Source: an uncultured virus (IMG/VR IMGVR_UViG_3300027832_000007) (Duplodnaviria; Heunggongvirae; Uroviricota; Caudoviricetes). From it: a stretch of DNA of 64,000 nucleotides. The stretch lies in the IMG/VR virus record IMGVR_UViG_3300027832_000007; one strand, written 5' to 3'. Numbering within the stretch: the stretch's first letter is position 1; each line of letters begins with the position of its first letter. The translations under genes were made by a program, and so were the position numbers. Shown in pieces: positions 17,121 to 27,813 of this stretch. Under the pieces are notes generated by a model. The model was given only the letters and a program-made list of their open reading frames with translations. It was not told the DNA's origin and did not search any database.

Positions 17121-19142
17121 TTAAAATAGTAAAGTGTAACCCTTATTAGTACAAATAAGTCTATCACTAGGTGATAAACTTATACTACCTGGTGTTAGAG
17201 TTACGTTTATTGTTTGTGCACCACTCGCTGTGCTTAGATTATTGAATACGTTTATTATTTCATTATACCCCATATTTGAATTAGCGAAATTAAATCCTCT
17301 AGTTGAATTTATTGGTTCGAATTTATTTAAAAAAATATTAGAAACTAACATAGATGTTGTAATTGTTACTGCTGACATTTGAAGTGCTGGGACTTTTTGT
17401 AACTCAGTACAATCTTGAAACATAAACCCCATATTAATCACCTTAGAAGTATTTAATAATGGTATTTCTTGTAACTTAAAACATCCACTGAACATATGCT
17501 CCATATTAGTTGCTTGAATTGTGTTATATACAGGTACAGTAAGTAATTCTCTATTTTGGTGATGCATAGCACTAAAATTAGTGCAGGCACTTGTCGTTAT
17601 TATTGAACCAATATTCTTTAGTTTAAATGCAAAAATAAATAACCAAAGCACACTAGGTGTCGAAGATAAATTTAAGCTACCTATAGTTTCTAAATTATTA
17701 CAAGATTGAAACATATGTGTAGTTGATGTTGCCGCTGAAAAACTCATTGAAGGAAACGAGGTGAGGTTAGTGCAACCATTAAACATATGACTACAGTTAG
17801 TTACTTTATTAAAGTTTAAATCAAAATCTATAGTCTGTAAATTAGTACAATTTTGAAACATATATGTAGAATTAGTAACATTACTAAAATTTAAAACGGG
17901 CACCTTCACTAACGAGGCAGCACCAGTAAACATGTAACTCATATTAGTCACGTTAGACGTGTTTATTTGTGGTATATCTGTTAGTGACGAACATAAACCA
18001 AATGCATAATCTAAAGTAGTCACGCCACTCATGTTAAATAAAGGTATCGTTTTTAATTTAGTCGCACCATAGAACGCATAATTAAAGTTAATACCAGTAA
18101 CTTTACTCGTATCAAATAGTGGTATTGTAGTTATTTTAGACTCCCTAAACATACCTCCAGCATTTAACAATTTAGGTGTGTTAAATGCTGGGACTGTATC
18201 CAATCTAGTTGTTAGATAAAACATATTAGTCATATTTGTGACATTACTTGTATCAAATAATTCTAATTTTTTAATTCCACTAGATTGGAATGTTGATACC
18301 ATAGAAGTAACATTAGATGTGTTAATTGATGGAATTACAACTAAATTAGTTGTTAATGCAAAAACACTACTAAATAGTATTGTATTAGTAAAATTGATAT
18401 ATGGTATAGTTTTAATCTTAGTACAACCATTAAACATTAAATCCATATTAGTACACAATGGGCCAAAATTCCAAGTAGATGCGTCGGGTATTTCTCTTAA
18501 TTCAGTACAATTTTGAAACATAGCATGAAGACCAAGCGATGTATTCACAAATGAAGAAACATCTAAAGATGTTATTTTTTGTAATGATGTCGCCCAAACG
18601 CTAAAAAAACTTTGAAAGGATGGAAATCTATTTGTACCTACCCATTCAAACCTACCCAACAATGGTGCTGAAGATGTGGTAAATGTCGTTAATAATGGTG
18701 CTGACAATTTTATCTCCAACCAATGTTTTCTATAGCTAGTATTTCTTACAGAAGTATGATTAACGTTCATATTAAAAGTAGTAAACGTTGCACCACTTTG
18801 AGGGTAAACTTTAACAATCGCTTGACGATATCCAGCAGTTGAAAAGCTTGACGAGGAAACCCCAGACCAATGAATTATAGTTTCAGCTTTTGTATTAGCG
18901 CTATAATTAACTGGAATACCATCACCCCACTCTACAGTATAGTTACCAGAACAATTAAGCGCTAAATGATTATTTGTATTTTCATATATTGCGGCCAATA
19001 AATATACGACAGTATCACCACTACTAATACTAGGTAATTCCAACCAATCAGTAGGTAACGTTAAAGGTAATGGTGTTGTATCATAATCAACAATTGTTTG
19101 TGCTGTTACTAACCTATTTTTATGTAATAATAATCGTCCCAT
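17121..19142 (-). CDS. BspA/DUF285-like repeat protein (putative receptor-binding or surface protein)
   Basis: Many ~23-aa repeats of type IPLFNTSNVTNMSYMFxxCTxL. Confidence 0.8.
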   Translation of the reverse strand: MGRLLLHKNRLVTAQTIVDYDTTPLPLTLPTDWLELPSISSGDTVVYLLAAIYENTNNHLALNCSGNYTVEWGDGIPVNYSANTKAETIIHWSGVSSSSFSTAGYRQAIVKVYPQSGATFTTFNMNVNHTSVRNTSYRKHWLEIKLSAPLLTTFTTSSAPLLGRFEWVGTNRFPSFQSFFSVWATSLQKITSLDVSSFVNTSLGLHAMFQNCTELREIPDASTWNFGPLCTNMDLMFNGCTKIKTIPYINFTNTILFSSVFALTTNLVVIPSINTSNVTSMVSTFQSSGIKKLELFDTSNVTNMTNMFYLTTRLDTVPAFNTPKLLNAGGMFRESKITTIPLFDTSKVTGINFNYAFYGATKLKTIPLFNMSGVTTLDYAFGLCSSLTDIPQINTSNVTNMSYMFTGAASLVKVPVLNFSNVTNSTYMFQNCTNLQTIDFDLNFNKVTNCSHMFNGCTNLTSFPSMSFSAATSTTHMFQSCNNLETIGSLNLSSTPSVLWLFIFAFKLKNIGSIITTSACTNFSAMHHQNRELLTVPVYNTIQATNMEHMFSGCFKLQEIPLLNTSKVINMGFMFQDCTELQKVPALQMSAVTITTSMLVSNIFLNKFEPINSTRGFNFANSNMGYNEIINVFNNLSTASGAQTINVTLTPGSISLSPSDRLICTNKGYTLLF

Positions 19143-19145
19143 GTT

Positions 19146-21635
19146 TTATCCTCTAATTAATCTTATCCAAACGTTATCGTCAACAGCTGTAAAAAAATAG
19201 TTTGAGTTATAATAGCTTTGACCTTGATATGTATTGGTTATTGATGCTCCAGTATATTGTCCATTAATATCCCAATTAGTTGCACCACTTAACAATATAA
19301 CAGCTGTACCACCAGTTATAAATGACTCAATCATTGGGATTTCACTTATCATACCACCAGATAATGATGATGAACCCAAAAGAGCTGCTTGAGTCATTTG
19401 CTGCATTTTATCATACGAAACAACATTCGGTTGAATTGTTGTTGACCCTAGATTATTTATTGTGATATCACCAGTCATCGCTCTTGATACCGCAGTCGTT
19501 CCAGAGCCAACAAATATTTGTCCATTAGCCAACGGTTTTTCAGTTAAAAAACCACTTACACTAAATGTACCACCAGTATTATTTGTAAATATAGTCGTAC
19601 CAGCGTTATATGTACCACCAGTCACCCTAGTATCTATACTTATAGGTAAGTTTTGATATGTAGTAGCTGATATAGTAGTACTTGTGATTAATCCATTAAC
19701 CGTTAATCCAGTCATTGTATTAAATAACGTATTTATTGTACCACCAGTACTATTTGTTAAAGTGATAACATTGTTACCATTAGTCACTCCAGTAATAACA
19801 ACTGTTGATGGTAAGTTTTGATATGTAGTGGCTGACATCGTAGTACTTCTAACCAACCCATTAACTGTCAAGCCAGTCATTGTATTAAACAAAGTATTTA
19901 TTGTACCACCAGTACTATTTGTTAACGTAATGTTATTATTACCATTAGTTACCCCAGTAATAACAACTGTGGATTGTAATGGTAAATTTTGGTACGTTGT
20001 AGCGGATATCGTAGTGCTTGTGATTAACCCATTAACTGTCAAACCAGTCATTGTATTAAATAAAGTATTTATTGTACCACCAGTACTATTTGTTAACGTA
20101 ATGTTGTTATTAATATTCGTTACTCCAGTGACAACAACTGTAGATGGTAAGTTTTGATATGTAGTGGCTGACATTGTAGCACTTCTAATCAGTCCATTAA
20201 CTGTTAACCCAGTCATTGTATTAAATAAGGTATTTATGGTTCCACCAGTACTATTTGTTAAAGTAATGTTGTTATTACCATTAGTAATACCAGTAATAAC
20301 AACTATAGGTGGTAAATTTTGATATGTAGTTGCTGATATCGTAGCACTTCTAATCAGTCCATTAACTGTTAACCCAGTCATTGTATTAAATAAGGTATTT
20401 ATGGTTCCACCAGTACTATTTGTTAACGTAATGTTGTTATTACTATTAGTTACCCCAGTAACAACAACTGTAGATGGTAAATTTTGATATGTAGTTGCTG
20501 ATATCGTAGCACTTGCTATTAATCCGTTAACTGTTAACCCAGTCATTGTATTAAACAAAGTATTTATTGTACCACCAGCACTATTTGTTAATGTTAAAAC
20601 ATTATTAGCATAGGTTAATCCAGTAACATAAGTATCAGTCATTCCAGTCAAGAAACCACTCACATTAAATGTACCACCACTATTATTTGTAAACGAAGCA
20701 ATACCAGTCGATTGGTTATATGTGCCGCCAGTAACATTCATATCACTAGCTAAAATACTTAAATTAGCGATGAAATTAGTACCGTCATTTCTACCACCTA
20801 TTAAATTATATGTGCTATTATTAAATGTTAACCCAGTCATATAGATATCATCAGAAGGTTTGAAAAACCCAGACACACTAAATGTACCACCAGTATTATT
20901 TGTGAATATAGTTGTACCGCTTGAATACGTACCACCAGTCACCCTAGTATCTATACTTATAGGTAAGTTTTGATATGTAGTAGCTGATATAGTAGCACTT
21001 CTAATCAATCCATTAACTGTCAAGCCAGTCATTGTATTAAATAAAGTGGTTATTGTACCACCAGTAACATTTGTTAAAGTAATATTATTATCACTATTTG
21101 TAATCCCAGTTATTGATGGGATAGTTTGTGGTAAATTTAAATATGTTGTTGCCGATATTGTTGTTGATGATATCGATGGGGCAATTACACCACCAGTAAA
21201 TGTTGCGCCAGAAAGTGTTGCTAAACCATTTTGTTTTATGATTAACGTTTCATTACTTCCAGAATTAAAAATAGAAACATCTATATTTGTACTCCCACTT
21301 ATTTTAGAATTAAGAAACCCACTAGTAGTATCTGAAGCTGATATTTTAACTTCTTTAGTATCACCAGAACCAGCAATTAAATCATTAATAGTTGCAAAAA
21401 CATTAAGTGTTGAAGGTGAAGTTGAACCAGTTATCGCATTATATTCATCTTGGGAAATGTTTAAACCACCAGTCGAATTAACAACCCATTGGCCGCCACC
21501 ATCCTTATTTATATATTGTACTGGTACATCTAAATCTATAAAAATAGAACCTTTACTAGAAACATGTGTCGGAACACCATTACCAGTTTGTATAAGTATT
21601 ATCCCTACCGATATTGACCTAATATTATTTGCCAT
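19146..21635 (-). CDS. Thr/Asn-rich repeat fibre protein
   Basis: 829 aa with about seven ~55-aa repeats (TGVTN.NNNITLTNSTGGTINTLFNTMTGLTVNGLI.S.TISATTYQNLP). Confidence 0.8.
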   Translation of the reverse strand: MANNIRSISVGIILIQTGNGVPTHVSSKGSIFIDLDVPVQYINKDGGGQWVVNSTGGLNISQDEYNAITGSTSPSTLNVFATINDLIAGSGDTKEVKISASDTTSGFLNSKISGSTNIDVSIFNSGSNETLIIKQNGLATLSGATFTGGVIAPSISSTTISATTYLNLPQTIPSITGITNSDNNITLTNVTGGTITTLFNTMTGLTVNGLIRSATISATTYQNLPISIDTRVTGGTYSSGTTIFTNNTGGTFSVSGFFKPSDDIYMTGLTFNNSTYNLIGGRNDGTNFIANLSILASDMNVTGGTYNQSTGIASFTNNSGGTFNVSGFLTGMTDTYVTGLTYANNVLTLTNSAGGTINTLFNTMTGLTVNGLIASATISATTYQNLPSTVVVTGVTNSNNNITLTNSTGGTINTLFNTMTGLTVNGLIRSATISATTYQNLPPIVVITGITNGNNNITLTNSTGGTINTLFNTMTGLTVNGLIRSATMSATTYQNLPSTVVVTGVTNINNNITLTNSTGGTINTLFNTMTGLTVNGLITSTTISATTYQNLPLQSTVVITGVTNGNNNITLTNSTGGTINTLFNTMTGLTVNGLVRSTTMSATTYQNLPSTVVITGVTNGNNVITLTNSTGGTINTLFNTMTGLTVNGLITSTTISATTYQNLPISIDTRVTGGTYNAGTTIFTNNTGGTFSVSGFLTEKPLANGQIFVGSGTTAVSRAMTGDITINNLGSTTIQPNVVSYDKMQQMTQAALLGSSSLSGGMISEIPMIESFITGGTAVILLSGATNWDINGQYTGASITNTYQGQSYYNSNYFFTAVDDNVWIRLIRG
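19640..20630. repeat. Tandem ~165-171-bp coding repeats
   Basis: ccagtcattgtattaaa and tttgatatgtagt recur at about 165-bp spacing. Confidence 0.85.
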
Positions 21636-21665
21636 TACTTTTAAATTTATTTATAAATATCATTT

Positions 21666-22829
21666 TTATTTTATAATCTCCCAATTTGAAGACCAATTAT
21701 AATTTTTTGATGTTTCACCACTTATTATTATAGATACATTACCACTATTAGCTGAATAAACAACTGAATTAGAAGTTATACCACTTGAAACCCTATCAAA
21801 ATCAGAATTCTCACCAATAACAGTCACCGTTCCATTTACCTTACTTATAGCTAACGTTCTTTTCCAAAATCCAAAATCAGTATTATCTTTATATGCATTA
21901 ACATATGAGACAATAAAACTATTTGAATCATCTGTAAAACCAGAAATAGTATCAATTATCAATGTTTCATTTGAAACAGTCTGAGCAGTTGTTGGAATTA
22001 AAATTCTAGACTGAATCGAAATCTCAACACCTTGACTATCATTTCTATTTAAAGTTAAAATTTTACTATTTTTATTAAATGTTCCACCAGTTACGAAATA
22101 ATCAGTTAAACCAGTTACACTAAACGTTCCACCAGTACTATTTGTAAATAAAGCATCACTATTAGAATACGTCCCACCAGTTACATAAGGCATACCAGTT
22201 ATCTTACTACCATCCCCAATAAATTCAAGTGACGTTATAGTTGTAGCACTAACACTAGAAGATGATAATAGACCATTCACAGTTAAAGCAGTAAATGTAT
22301 TAATAAACGTATTTAAATTTAAACCATCATTTCTAAGGATAACTAATTGATTATCACTAAATGTAACACCAGTTACGTATATATCAGCAGTAAATAAATC
22401 TAGATTTAAAGTATATGCTGATAAACTATCATTTCTATCGAAATAAGCTGTTGTACCAATAATTGTTGAACCAGTAGTATAATAATCTGTTAATCCAGTT
22501 ACATTTACTTGATTACCATTATCCTTAAATAATGTCAAAGTATCTGAAATATTATCAAATGTCCCCCCAGTTATATTATTATAATTAATAATATCAATTA
22601 TATTTGTACCTCCACTATAATATGTTGAAGCGTTAATAGTTGATGCTGAAATTTGACTATTAGTATATAAATTACCATCAAATGTTATAACTCCAGTTTT
22701 TAAAAATATTTGTGTATCTCCACTACAAGAAATAATGTTATTTGTAAATAAAGATGTGCAAGCACTAATAATTGGTGAACCAAAAGGTTCAATTACGAAT
22801 GTTTGATTTATGTTTGACCAATTACTCAT
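21666..22829 (-). CDS. Thr/Ser-rich virion protein with TGGT modules
   Basis: 387 aa with ITGGTF, VTGGTY and TGGTFSVTGLTDY repeats. Confidence 0.7.
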   Translation of the reverse strand: MSNWSNINQTFVIEPFGSPIISACTSLFTNNIISCSGDTQIFLKTGVITFDGNLYTNSQISASTINASTYYSGGTNIIDIINYNNITGGTFDNISDTLTLFKDNGNQVNVTGLTDYYTTGSTIIGTTAYFDRNDSLSAYTLNLDLFTADIYVTGVTFSDNQLVILRNDGLNLNTFINTFTALTVNGLLSSSSVSATTITSLEFIGDGSKITGMPYVTGGTYSNSDALFTNSTGGTFSVTGLTDYFVTGGTFNKNSKILTLNRNDSQGVEISIQSRILIPTTAQTVSNETLIIDTISGFTDDSNSFIVSYVNAYKDNTDFGFWKRTLAISKVNGTVTVIGENSDFDRVSSGITSNSVVYSANSGNVSIIISGETSKNYNWSSNWEIIK

Positions 22830-23887
22830 TATGATGTAGTTCCAATTAATTTAAACGACCCAAGTGATAGGACGTTTTTATATACTCTAATAGTAACGAT
22901 ATCGTTAGCATCTATCATTATGGGTGAAACTAATATAGTTCCATCAAATACGCCAACACCGTTTATACTAATAACTATCCTAGTAATATCTAAAATACCT
23001 AATAATTGTGTTATATTCATATTATATTGAGCTGTAAATGAAAATTGTGTGTCTGATTGGGGTTTAAAGATAAAACTTAAGTTAACAATATTACCCCTAA
23101 CCAACGGTTCAAACACTATATCCTCAAAAACTCTACCTTGTTCAACCTCCAATGTTATAATACTCCTATTCAACGTAGGGACCACCTCAAAATCTTCTTC
23201 ATCTAGTATATACCCTAACATTTTAATATCAAACATTTGAACATAGAACCTTCTATTTTCAAAATCCTCAATATTACTTTCATCACCGATACTCTCAATA
23301 TGCAGAGGAATTGGGTGTCCATTTATATTTATATAGCACTGTCTAGATTGAAAAGCTCTTTGTATTTTTCTATTAAATCGATTTAAATCCTTCATTTTAT
23401 TAGTAAACAATCTAACTTCATACGTTAAATCAACGGATGTTGGTTGCGGAATTTTATATAAATCAAAACCACGCCTTGCACCATCCCATGTTGGAACTTT
23501 TACGAAAGTATATGTTCTATTACCTGGTATATTCCACAATCCAGCTTGATTTTGACCTTGCTGAATATCTGGCTTCCTAACAATAGTGATAAAAGGTAAC
23601 TCAATATCTTTATATTTATCCGAAAATTGCCATGTTTTAGAAAATTCTGTCCATCTTTGTATCGTTAAGAAAATAATTGGAACAACATCACCATCTATAG
23701 TCAATTTTACCCTTTCATCATCCTTAAAGAACTCCATAAAACCTTGGTCCATATCTTCTTCTAGAATCCCTTTAGGTAAAAAGGTTCCATTATCGGTAAT
23801 ACCATCTTGAATCTCTAATCTTCTTTCTGGTCCAACTTTTTGATTTACTATATTTATATCACTTCTCCAACCCTTTGGTACTGCCAT
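22829..23887 (-). CDS. Tail completion/sheath stabiliser (T4 gp15-like)
   Basis: VPIIF...QRW, LPFITIVR, PTSVDLTYEVRLFT and F...MLGYI motifs; adjacent to the neck gene. Confidence 0.55.
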   Translation of the reverse strand: MAVPKGWRSDINIVNQKVGPERRLEIQDGITDNGTFLPKGILEEDMDQGFMEFFKDDERVKLTIDGDVVPIIFLTIQRWTEFSKTWQFSDKYKDIELPFITIVRKPDIQQGQNQAGLWNIPGNRTYTFVKVPTWDGARRGFDLYKIPQPTSVDLTYEVRLFTNKMKDLNRFNRKIQRAFQSRQCYININGHPIPLHIESIGDESNIEDFENRRFYVQMFDIKMLGYILDEEDFEVVPTLNRSIITLEVEQGRVFEDIVFEPLVRGNIVNLSFIFKPQSDTQFSFTAQYNMNITQLLGILDITRIVISINGVGVFDGTILVSPIMIDANDIVTIRVYKNVLSLGSFKLIGTTS

Positions 23888-23902
23888 AATTTTTAACTAT
23901 TT

Positions 23903-24432
23903 TTAAACTCCACGAAATTCACTAGCATCAACAGCAGCACAAGCCACACTTCTAAATGCACCTTTATATCCCATAATAGTATGTTTGTTATCATAATTCT
24001 TAACACCATCATTAGTAACACTAAAATAACGTATTTCAGTCTCAGTTACTGGATAACCAATATAATCACCATAGCTAATATTGGTCTCTAACTCAAGTAG
24101 TTGTGCCTCATATATACCAAAAGTTAGATTACCATCTTGTAAAAATCTTAACGAACCATTTGGGTTGTACGCTGCATTTTTCGCCTCCTCTAATATCGGA
24201 ATAACCTTCAACTCAACTGGCGGAAAATACCTAATACCATCCTTAGACGCTTCTCCGTACACATTATCAGATTCAGACATCTCTCTATTTACACGATATA
24301 AAATTATCGTGAAATTTCCATCTCCCTCAATCGCCTCTCTACCCATTTCAACCTCTAAAAAAAAAAATCTTCTTCAGAGAAAAAGCGATTTATACGAGTT
24401 ATTGGTGTAATTTTCTTATTTTTATTATCCAT
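23903..24432 (-). CDS. Neck/head-closure protein (T4 gp14-like), frameshifted at a T11 tract
   Basis: ATG 24432 gives MDNKNKKITPITRINRFFSEED, then T11 (24357-24367), continuing LEVEMGREAIEGD... in another frame. VYGEA...YFPPVEL and GDYIGY motifs. Confidence 0.6.
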
Positions 24433-24595
24433 TTTGTTTTATTTTTTTTTATTGATTCTAGTCATAGGTGTTATCTTGTTTTACATCGTTTTATTTATAA
24501 ATATTTATCTTTTGATTAATATGTAATAAAGTATTGATTTTTATTAAATTTTTTATTATATTTAGTAATAATAAAATGATATAAATAAAACTATT

Positions 24596-27517
24596 TTGAT
24601 TAATTTAGACGATTTAAGAGGGCATTCAGCTATTACACTATTAGGAAACTACGAAGGTGTAAACCCGTACTTAGTTAAACTTAGAAATGAATATTTAAAA
24701 AATAAAAAATTGGGGTTAACTGAAAACCAATCTAAATACATTTTGGATAATCACGATAAAGAACCATTATATATCAATAGAGTTATTGGTATTACCAAAT
24801 ATTTAGGTGAAGAATTGAAAAAAACTAGTGATTTGTCTTTCACACCAGAAAAATTATTGGTTGAGTTCATATTAGCTGAAACAGAAAAAACTTATCACGT
24901 ATACGGAAAACTTAAACAGAATCAAAAAGAATCCATGATGTACTGGTTACCAAAAACACAAGTTACTGATGACCCATATTTTGAAAATATCGATATTGAT
25001 ATCGATTTCTCAAAGTATAACGATGTATTAGCATTAGACGGTAAAACCCTTTATCAACATCAAAAAGATGGTATTAAATTTTTATTAACTAGAAATGGAT
25101 GCATTTTAGCTGATGATATGGGTCTAGGTAAAAGTATGCAAGCGATTATAGCAGCACTAGAAAGTGGCGCTAAAAATATATTAATTGTTTGCCCCTCATC
25201 AACAAAAATAAACTGGGAACGTGAAATAAACGTTTTTTGTGATGATACATTTATTATTGATGGTCAAAAATGGGGTAGCGCTAAATTTACTATAATAAAT
25301 TTTGATATTCTTAAGAATTTTCACGGATTAGGACCAGATAAAAAACCAAAAAAAGATGAGCCACAACCAATATTAGCTAGGAACCTAGTAGAGGCTAAAT
25401 ATGACCTATGTATTATTGATGAAGCGCACAACTTAAAGAATAGTGATAGTAAAAGAGGTAAAATAATGGTTGAGCTATGTGTTAAACATGGTATAGAGAA
25501 GACTTGGCTACTCACTGGTACACCAGTTGCAAACAGACCAATGGATTTCTTTAATCTATTATCTATTATTAAGTCTCCAGTCGCAAATAACTGGAAACAC
25601 TATGCTCTTAGATATTGTGATGGTAAAAGGTTCTTTAAAACACTTAAAAATGGTGTTAAAAAGCAAATATGGATTACAAACGGTGCTAGTAATTTAGAGG
25701 AACTATCATCTAAAACAAAAAACATACTATTAAGGAGATTAAAGACTGAGGCTTTAGATATGCCAGATAAAGTTATCACAACTATGTATCATAATATGGA
25801 TAATAAAGGTTGGAAGATGTATGATGATTTATGGGATGAGTACTTAATTGCAAGGAAAGCGCAAGGTAAGAAAACTGGTAATTTACAAAAAGACTTAGTT
25901 GAACTTATTTTATTAAGACAATTTATCGCAATTCAAGCAATACCTTATACAATAGAAATGGTTGAAAATGCTATAGAAATGGGACGTAAAGTAATTATAT
26001 TTACTTCTTTTACTGAAGAATTAGATATTTTATCTAATCACTTTGGTAAATTAGCTGTTACTCACAACGGACTAATGACAATGAATCAAAAACAAAAATC
26101 TGTAGATTCTTTTCAAAATGATGATAAGATAAAAGTATTTATTGGTAATATAAAAAGTGCTGGTGTTGGTATTACATTAACAAAAGCTACTGTTGTGGTA
26201 TTTAATTCTTTTGATTGGGTAACTGGTAACAATGAACAAGCTGAAGACAGATGTGTTTTTGGTGGACAATTAGTTATGACAAATAATGGTTATAAATTAA
26301 TTGAAGATATTGAAATAAATGATTATGTTTATACACATAATGGTAATTTTAAAAAAGTAGTTGATACGCACACACATTTAGAACATAAAAAAACTAGAGT
26401 CGATATTAATGCGTTAGGTTATAATTCTCCTTTAAGTTTAACTAATGACCATAAAGTTTATGTTTACAATAACACAACAGAAAACTTCGAATGGATTGAA
26501 TGTGGCTTGTTAGATATAAATAAACATAGTTTAACATTAAAATCAGATAAGCAACCTAAAAAAAGAAAAAAAACTTTAGAAGTAATTAATTATTATAATA
26601 ATAATAATTTTGGATTTAAACAAAAAAATTCTAAGTTAAAGTTATTACCAGAAAATGTGGAATTAACTAATGATTTATTATATGCCTTTGGTTTTTTTAT
26701 TGCTGAGGGTTGGGTTAATGATATGTCCGAAACAAAATCTAGTATAGTTAGTGTTTGTCAAAAAATAGATAATAAAAAAATGTATGATTCTGCTAAATAC
26801 ATTATTGATATTTTAAAAGAAAGTTTTAACCTTAATAAACATTCAGAGTATATTGATAAAAATAATATTAAAACATGTACTATACGCTCTAAAAATCTAG
26901 CGAAAAATTTTATAAATTGGTTTGGTAAAGATGTTCATAATAAACAATTACCAAGTTGGGTTGATGAGTTAAATAATGAACAATTAACATATTTATTAGA
27001 AGGGTATTATCATGGTGATGGGCAAAAAATAAAAACCACGCAAGCAGCCGTAACAGCATCAAATAAATTAGGTTCACAATTAATTAGATATAACGCTAAT
27101 TTAGGTAGAGGTGTATCATTTTGTTTTAAAGATAACCTATATTATAATATTGAATATACCACTGATTTAACACTTAATATAAATAAAATTATAAAAATAG
27201 ATGATTACATTATCTATCCTATAAAAAGTTTACATATAAGCAAACCAAAAAGAGGTGAAGAAAGAGTTTATGATTTATCAGTTGAAGATGACCATTCGTT
27301 TGTTGTTGGAAATTATAACGTACATAACTGTTTTCGTATAGGTCAAAAAAACGATGTAAATGTATATTATCAATTATTCAATAATACCATATCAACTAGA
27401 ATGTGGGCCATGTTAAAAAACAAGAAGAAAATAATTAACACCATCATGGGTGAAAAAAAATTAAGTGATGAAGAAATAACTAACTTATTGATGGATAATT
27501 TAGATGAAATAATATAA
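24596..27517 (+). CDS. SNF2-family (SWI2/SNF2, HARP-like) helicase with intein
   Basis: LADDMGLGKS, DEAH, LLTGTP, GVGITLT, and motif VI QAEDR|C-FRIGQ split by the intein. Confidence 0.92.
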   Translation: MINLDDLRGHSAITLLGNYEGVNPYLVKLRNEYLKNKKLGLTENQSKYILDNHDKEPLYINRVIGITKYLGEELKKTSDLSFTPEKLLVEFILAETEKTYHVYGKLKQNQKESMMYWLPKTQVTDDPYFENIDIDIDFSKYNDVLALDGKTLYQHQKDGIKFLLTRNGCILADDMGLGKSMQAIIAALESGAKNILIVCPSSTKINWEREINVFCDDTFIIDGQKWGSAKFTIINFDILKNFHGLGPDKKPKKDEPQPILARNLVEAKYDLCIIDEAHNLKNSDSKRGKIMVELCVKHGIEKTWLLTGTPVANRPMDFFNLLSIIKSPVANNWKHYALRYCDGKRFFKTLKNGVKKQIWITNGASNLEELSSKTKNILLRRLKTEALDMPDKVITTMYHNMDNKGWKMYDDLWDEYLIARKAQGKKTGNLQKDLVELILLRQFIAIQAIPYTIEMVENAIEMGRKVIIFTSFTEELDILSNHFGKLAVTHNGLMTMNQKQKSVDSFQNDDKIKVFIGNIKSAGVGITLTKATVVVFNSFDWVTGNNEQAEDRCVFGGQLVMTNNGYKLIEDIEINDYVYTHNGNFKKVVDTHTHLEHKKTRVDINALGYNSPLSLTNDHKVYVYNNTTENFEWIECGLLDINKHSLTLKSDKQPKKRKKTLEVINYYNNNNFGFKQKNSKLKLLPENVELTNDLLYAFGFFIAEGWVNDMSETKSSIVSVCQKIDNKKMYDSAKYIIDILKESFNLNKHSEYIDKNNIKTCTIRSKNLAKNFINWFGKDVHNKQLPSWVDELNNEQLTYLLEGYYHGDGQKIKTTQAAVTASNKLGSQLIRYNANLGRGVSFCFKDNLYYNIEYTTDLTLNINKIIKIDDYIIYPIKSLHISKPKRGEERVYDLSVEDDHSFVVGNYNVHNCFRIGQKNDVNVYYQLFNNTISTRMWAMLKNKKKIINTIMGEKKLSDEEITNLLMDNLDEII
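26252..27328 (+). mobile_element. Intein with LAGLIDADG endonuclease in helicase motif VI (359 aa)
   Basis: Starts CVFGGQLVMT, block B LTNDHKV, FGFFIAEG and LEGYYHGDG, ends VYDLSVEDDHSFVVGNYNVHN followed by Cys. Confidence 0.92.
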
Positions 27518-27525
27518 AGAATAAT

Positions 27526-27780
27526 ATGATAAAAGTTTATGGTTTTGAAGGTTGCCCTTACTGTAATGATTTAAGAAATCTATTAAAAGAAGAAGGCATA
27601 GAATTTAATTACGTGGATATCAATCTACAAGAGAATAACGAAGATTTTGATAATATAATTAAAATATCGAATTCTGAAGAAGTCCCCATAATTTTAGTGG
27701 GAAAACAGATATTAATTCCTAACGTATCATTTAAGACAATTAAAGAAGGTGTTAAGATTATAAAGAAGTTTTTAATTTAA
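27526..27780 (+). CDS. Glutaredoxin/NrdH-like redoxin
   Basis: 84 aa with CPYC active site and VP motif. Confidence 0.85.
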   Translation: MIKVYGFEGCPYCNDLRNLLKEEGIEFNYVDINLQENNEDFDNIIKISNSEEVPIILVGKQILIPNVSFKTIKEGVKIIKKFLI

Positions 27781-27813
27781 TTATTTTTCTTTATATTTAT
27801 AATAAAAGGAAAT

